This document shows, one piece after another, positions 6,457 through 9,170 of a DNA stretch of 9,170 bases. The translations under genes and the position numbers were made by a program. The stretch lies in IMG/VR virus record IMGVR_UViG_2554235184_000006. One strand, 5' to 3'. Source of the stretch: a virus (lineage: Duplodnaviria; Heunggongvirae; Uroviricota; Caudoviricetes). Position 1 is the first letter of the stretch, and each line of letters opens with the position of its first letter. Below the pieces are notes generated by a model. It had not been told where the DNA came from. It worked only from the letters and a program-made list of their open reading frames with translations, and did not search any database.

Positions 6457-6918
6457 CGAATGCTTTCCGCGTTTATCGTTATTCTGCTGGTGGCCTGTGG
6501 TGCGCTGTGGATGGCAACAGACCATTACCGTGATAACGCGATTACCTACAAAGCGCAGCGCGATAACAAAGCCAGTGAACTGAAGCTGGCGAACGCAACC
6601 ATTACTGATATGCAGGTGCGCCAGCGCGATGTTGCTGCGCTCGATGCAAAATACTCGAGGGAATTAGCCGATGCGAGAGCTGAAAATGAAACTCTTCGCG
6701 CTGACGTTGCCGCTGGTCGTAAGCGCCTGCGGATCAACGCCACCTGTCCAGGCTCCGTGCGTGAAGCCCCCACCACCTCCGGCGTGGATAATGCAACCGG
6801 CCCCCAACTGGCAGACACCGTTACACGGGATTATTTCACCCTCAGAGAGCGGCTGATGACGATGCACAAGCAACTGGAAGGGGCACAGGACTATATCCGC
6901 ACTCAGTGCCTGAAATAA
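6457..6918 (+). CDS. Rz: Rz i-spanin (inner-membrane spanin subunit), 153 aa
   Basis: Translation ...[71 protein letters not shown]...[19 protein letters not shown] is nearly collinear with lambda Rz as I remember it. N-terminal TMD present. Start is ATG 6457 or in-frame GTG 6445. Confidence 0.85.
   Translation, partial: RMLSAFIVILLVACGALWMATDHYRDNAITYKAQRDNKASELKLANATITDMQVRQRDVAALDAKYSRELADARAENETLRADVAAGRKRLRINATCPGSVREAPTTSGVDNATGPQLADTVTRDYFTLRERLMTMHKQLEGAQDYIRTQCLK
6671..6856 (+). CDS. Rz1: Rz1 o-spanin (outer-membrane lipoprotein), embedded in Rz in the +1 frame, 61 aa
   Basis: ATG 6671 with GAGGGA RBS (6657-6662). Lipobox-like VVSAC followed by the proline-rich [14 protein letters not shown], matching lambda Rz1. 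Fully nested inside Rz, the classic spanin arrangement. Confidence 0.85.
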   Translation: MRELKMKLFALTLPLVVSACGSTPPVQAPCVKPPPPPAWIMQPAPNWQTPLHGIISPSESG

Positions 6919-7228
6919 GTTTTGTTGATGCGCCGTATCGTCGCTATATTCCCTCATTAACAGAGACCGCAGCCCGACAGGGAGACTCCTCTGCGCGAGT
7001 GTGCGGGGATAATTAAAAACGATGCACACCGGGTTTTTACCGCGTTAATGATTCGCGGGTTTATCCCGGTGCGATGGTGGAAGAAACAGGAAGCTGTATT
7101 ACAGAAAGTGCTACTACTGTATCCCGATGCGATGTATGTAATGTGAGTCAGATAATGGCACAGGATGTGGTGATGTGGCAGTCTGGAACACAGGATATAT
7201 TGTCAGAATAAGACCCGTAGGAATAAAA

Positions 7229-7555
7229 ATGAAAAGACGCCTTTTACTACTTTTTCTGTTATCTGTCCTGGCAGTGGGATGCTCGCAGCAAAAAGCTGAT
7301 GAGCCCCGGCAATTAGTGACGGTGTATCCACGATATCCGGAATATGCTGCAGCAAATTATATCAAGGGGCTGGTTGAGGTTAAGTTCGATATTGGTGCTG
7401 ATGGGACTGTGACACGGATCGTTTTTCTCCGCTCAGAGCCTCATAATTTGTTTCGTGATGAAGTGGTGAAGGCCATGGCGAAATGGCGATTTGAAAAGAA
7501 TCGCCCCTGTCAGGGAGTGAAGAGACAATTTATCTTTACGCCGTCACGTCCTTGA
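7229..7555 (+). CDS. Lipoprotein with TonB C-terminal-like domain, 108 aa
   Basis: ATG 7229 with AGGAA RBS (7219-7223). Signal peptide MKRRLLLLFLLSVLAVGC with a relaxed lipobox. The mature part YPRYPEYAAANYIKGLVEVKFDIGADGTVTRIVFLRSEPHNLFRDEVVKAMAKWRFEK fits the TonB_C pattern (compare E. coli TonB GQVKVKFDVTPDGRV...FEREVKNAMRRWRYEP). The track ORF 7175..7555 is an N-terminal extension without RBS. Confidence 0.7.
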   Translation: MKRRLLLLFLLSVLAVGCSQQKADEPRQLVTVYPRYPEYAAANYIKGLVEVKFDIGADGTVTRIVFLRSEPHNLFRDEVVKAMAKWRFEKNRPCQGVKRQFIFTPSRP

Positions 7556-7647
7556 TGCTTCCAGGTAGAGAGGGGCTGGACGCAGGAGAAAAATGAAAGA
7601 GCCAGCGGTTATATTTTTGTCATGGCTGACGAGGAATGATGGAAGAA

Positions 7648-7670
7648 GGCGTTGTATGCCACACAACGCC
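7648..7670. terminator. Hairpin between convergent genes (candidate bidirectional terminator)
   Basis: GGCGTTGT (7648-7655), loop ATGCCAC, ACAACGCC (7663-7670), followed on the + strand by a T-rich run. Lies between the 3' ends of the + lipoprotein gene and the - ORF. Confidence 0.4.
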
Positions 7671-7677
7671 TCACTGT

Positions 7678-7857
7678 TCATTTCTTCTTTTTCTCTGGTG
7701 GAACCCGATGAATAAGAGTTGCACTGGTTTCCGATGAGATGGCGATATACTCGGGCAAAGTATGCTGGCAGTTTTCCAACTGGTCAAAAATACCTGCTCT
7801 CGTCTGTTGCAATGCCTGCAGCATGCGGCGGCAATGCGCCTTGCTTTTACTAACCAT
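7678..7857 (-). CDS. Small hypothetical protein, 59 aa
   Basis: Minus-strand ATG (7855-7857) with strong RBS GAGGAAGGAAAG immediately upstream. The longer track ORF 7678..8031 has no RBS at its start and overlaps the upstream gene. C-terminal KKKK tail. Family unknown. Confidence 0.4.
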   Translation of the reverse strand: MVSKSKAHCRRMLQALQQTRAGIFDQLENCQHTLPEYIAISSETSATLIHRVPPEKKKK

Positions 7858-7918
7858 CTTTCCTTCCTCTATCAGTCGCTGCGTGAACTCATCATGTAAT
7901 ACCAGGTAAATGCGGATG

Positions 7919-8170
7919 TTATCGGTTTTGGCTACGCAGCATAGTACAAAACGGACAGGTGCATCCCGGGACGGGGGAGGCGTCACATGTCCCTGTGATG
8001 GTTGTTCCGGGTAATGCACTGTGTGGGGCATAAAAATGTCCGATAATTTTACTTTCTACCGCAGTTAGTTGATTCGTTGGTCCTGGTAGCACATTGGGCG
8101 AGGATTTAAATGCCAGGCAACTGAAGGATGATGTTGCAAGGGAGATAGCGAGAATATTTCTGATTTTCAT
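7919..8170 (-). CDS. Small secreted Cys-rich protein, 83 aa precursor
   Basis: Minus-strand ATG (8168-8170) with AGAGG about 9 nt upstream. N-terminus MKIRNILAISLATSSFSCLA looks like a Sec signal peptide. Mature region has a Cys cluster TGTCDASPVPGCTCPFC. The track ORF 7919..8239 extends 23 codons further upstream without RBS. Confidence 0.5.
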   Translation of the reverse strand: MKIRNILAISLATSSFSCLAFKSSPNVLPGPTNQLTAVESKIIGHFYAPHSALPGTTITGTCDASPVPGCTCPFCTMLRSQNR

Positions 8171-8289
8171 TTGATGATGCCTCTGTGTGAAATGACGGTA
8201 AACGACGCACTTGTGCCGGCACATAATAGCAAGCACCATAATAGATCAGATTCGATTCTTGCTGTAAGTGATAATTATTCTCGTTTTCG

Positions 8290-8480
8290 GGTCCTTTCCG
8301 TCGATCCAACAGGTTACGGGGCGGCGACCTCGCGGGTTTTCGCTATTTATGAAAATTTTCCGGGGAAAATCATGTCGGTACTTCTCGAACATAACTATTT
8401 GTTTTTTCTAATATCGAATCCGTAAAAGGTCCGACATGAAAACGCCTAAAAAAGTCATTTTCGGGCACTTTCATGTCGGC
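8290..8480. other. cos site: cosQ-like segment, cosN with 12-nt cohesive end GGGCGGCGACCT at 8319-8330, and cosB-like region
   Basis: 8291-8365 matches the lambda genome junction as I remember it (...CAGGTTACG / GGGCGGCGACCTCGCGGGTTTTCGCTATTTATGAAAATTTTCCGG). Downstream the sequence diverges from lambda cosB and instead carries a TCATGTCGG repeat. Located immediately upstream of Nu1. Confidence 0.85.
8370..8479. repeat. Three copies of TCATGTCGG (direct, inverted, direct): candidate terminase small-subunit R sites of cosB
   Basis: TCATGTCGG at 8370-8378, its reverse complement CCGACATGA at 8431-8439, and TCATGTCGG again at 8471-8479, with an AT-rich possible IHF-bending region between the first two. 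This mirrors the lambda R3 / R2 (inverted) / R1 layout. Confidence 0.5.
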
Positions 8481-8506
8481 CCCTGTATTTATTGTGAGAC
8501 TGTTTC

Positions 8507-9052
8507 ATGAAGGTTAATAAAAAGAAACTTGCCGAAATTTTCAACGTGGATCCGCGAACGATTGAACGCTGGCAGTCTCAGGGACTCCCTTGCGTCTCCG
8601 GAGGTGGTAAGGGCGTTGAATCTGTATTTGATACCGCCATGGCAATTCAGTGGTATGCGCAGAGGGAAGCTGATATCGAAAATGAAAAACTCCGTAAAGA
8701 GGTTGAGGATTACAGGGCTGCCAGTGAGGCAGATCTCCAGCCTGGGACTATTGAGTACGAACGCCATCGACTTACGCGTGCGCAGGCCGACGCACAGGAG
8801 CTGAAAAATGCCAGAGACTCCGCTGAAGTGGTGGAAACCGCATTCTGTACTTTCGTGTTGTCACGGATCGCAGGTGAAATTGCCAGTATTCTTGACGGGA
8901 TCCCTCTCTCGGTACAGCGGCGTTTTCCGGAACTGGAAAACCGACATGTTGATTTCCTGAAACGGGATATCATCAAAGCCATGAACAAAGCAGCCGCGCT
9001 GGATGAACTGATACCGGGGTTGCTGAGTGAATATATCGAACAGTCAGATTGA
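8507..9052 (+). CDS. nu1: Terminase small subunit (Nu1-like), 181 aa
   Basis: C-terminal two-thirds ([74 protein letters not shown]...[43 protein letters not shown]) is nearly identical to lambda Nu1 as I remember it. The N-terminal wHTH domain is recognisably related but divergent. Confidence 0.9.
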   Translation: MKVNKKKLAEIFNVDPRTIERWQSQGLPCVSGGGKGVESVFDTAMAIQWYAQREADIENEKLRKEVEDYRAASEADLQPGTIEYERHRLTRAQADAQELKNARDSAEVVETAFCTFVLSRIAGEIASILDGIPLSVQRRFPELENRHVDFLKRDIIKAMNKAAALDELIPGLLSEYIEQSD

Positions 9053-9170
9053 TATTCTGCGGCGTGATGTACGCGCCGGGCTGCGAGCCCTGTTCAGGCC
9101 GGAGCCACAGACTGCCGTTGAATGGGCGGATGCCAGTTACTATCTCCCGAAAGAATCCGCATACCAGGAA
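9037..9170 (+). CDS. A: Terminase large subunit (gpA-like), N-terminal fragment truncated by the window end
   Basis: GTG at 9037 overlaps the 3' end of nu1, as in lambda where A overlaps Nu1. Translation [48 protein letters not shown] matches the lambda gpA N-terminus (...[32 protein letters not shown]). No stop codon in the window. Confidence 0.8.

Noticed and set aside
6283-7029. ORFs 6283..6525(-), 6546..6818(-), 6664..7029(-)
   Set aside because: Antisense to the small membrane ORF and Rz/Rz1, which have strong homology support.
8106-8425. ORFs 8106..8309(-) and 8171..8425(+) across the cos region
   Set aside because: They overlap cosQ/cosN/cosB, which is non-coding in lambda, and lack RBSs.
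8489-8988. ORFs 8489..8767(-), 8529..8804(+), 8710..8988(-)
   Set aside because: All overlap the strongly supported Nu1 reading frame in other frames or on the other strand.
1-9170. CRISPR arrays, integrase/att sites, IS elements, Shiga-toxin or bor genes
   Set aside because: No regularly spaced direct repeats, no recombinase-like ORF, no IS-type terminal inverted repeats with a transposase, and no sequence resembling stxAB or bor. The cargo positions are occupied by the other genes described.

Overview
This window reads as the right-arm late region of a lambdoid (lambda/21-type) prophage or phage, all on the + strand unless noted. In order: end of the nin region (hypothetical ORF, a DUF968/YdfU-like HNH-motif protein, RusA resolvase), the Q antiterminator, a moron island between Q and the lysis genes with four intrinsic terminators and an AT-rich divergent module, a phage-21-type lysis cassette (dual-start pinholin, SAR endolysin, Rz/Rz1 spanins) interrupted by an unassigned 296-aa gene and two small membrane ORFs, a lipoprotein with a TonB C-terminal-like domain, two small minus-strand genes, a cos site with a lambda-identical cosN, and then terminase small subunit Nu1 and the start of large subunit A. 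I found no tRNA, rRNA, CRISPR array, integrase or att site. Every family assignment is from reading the translations and from memory of lambda, phage 21 and E. coli prophage proteins; no database search was run. The best candidates for undescribed biology are the genes inserted inside the lysis cassette, the AT-rich minus-strand gene and the TonB-C lipoprotein.
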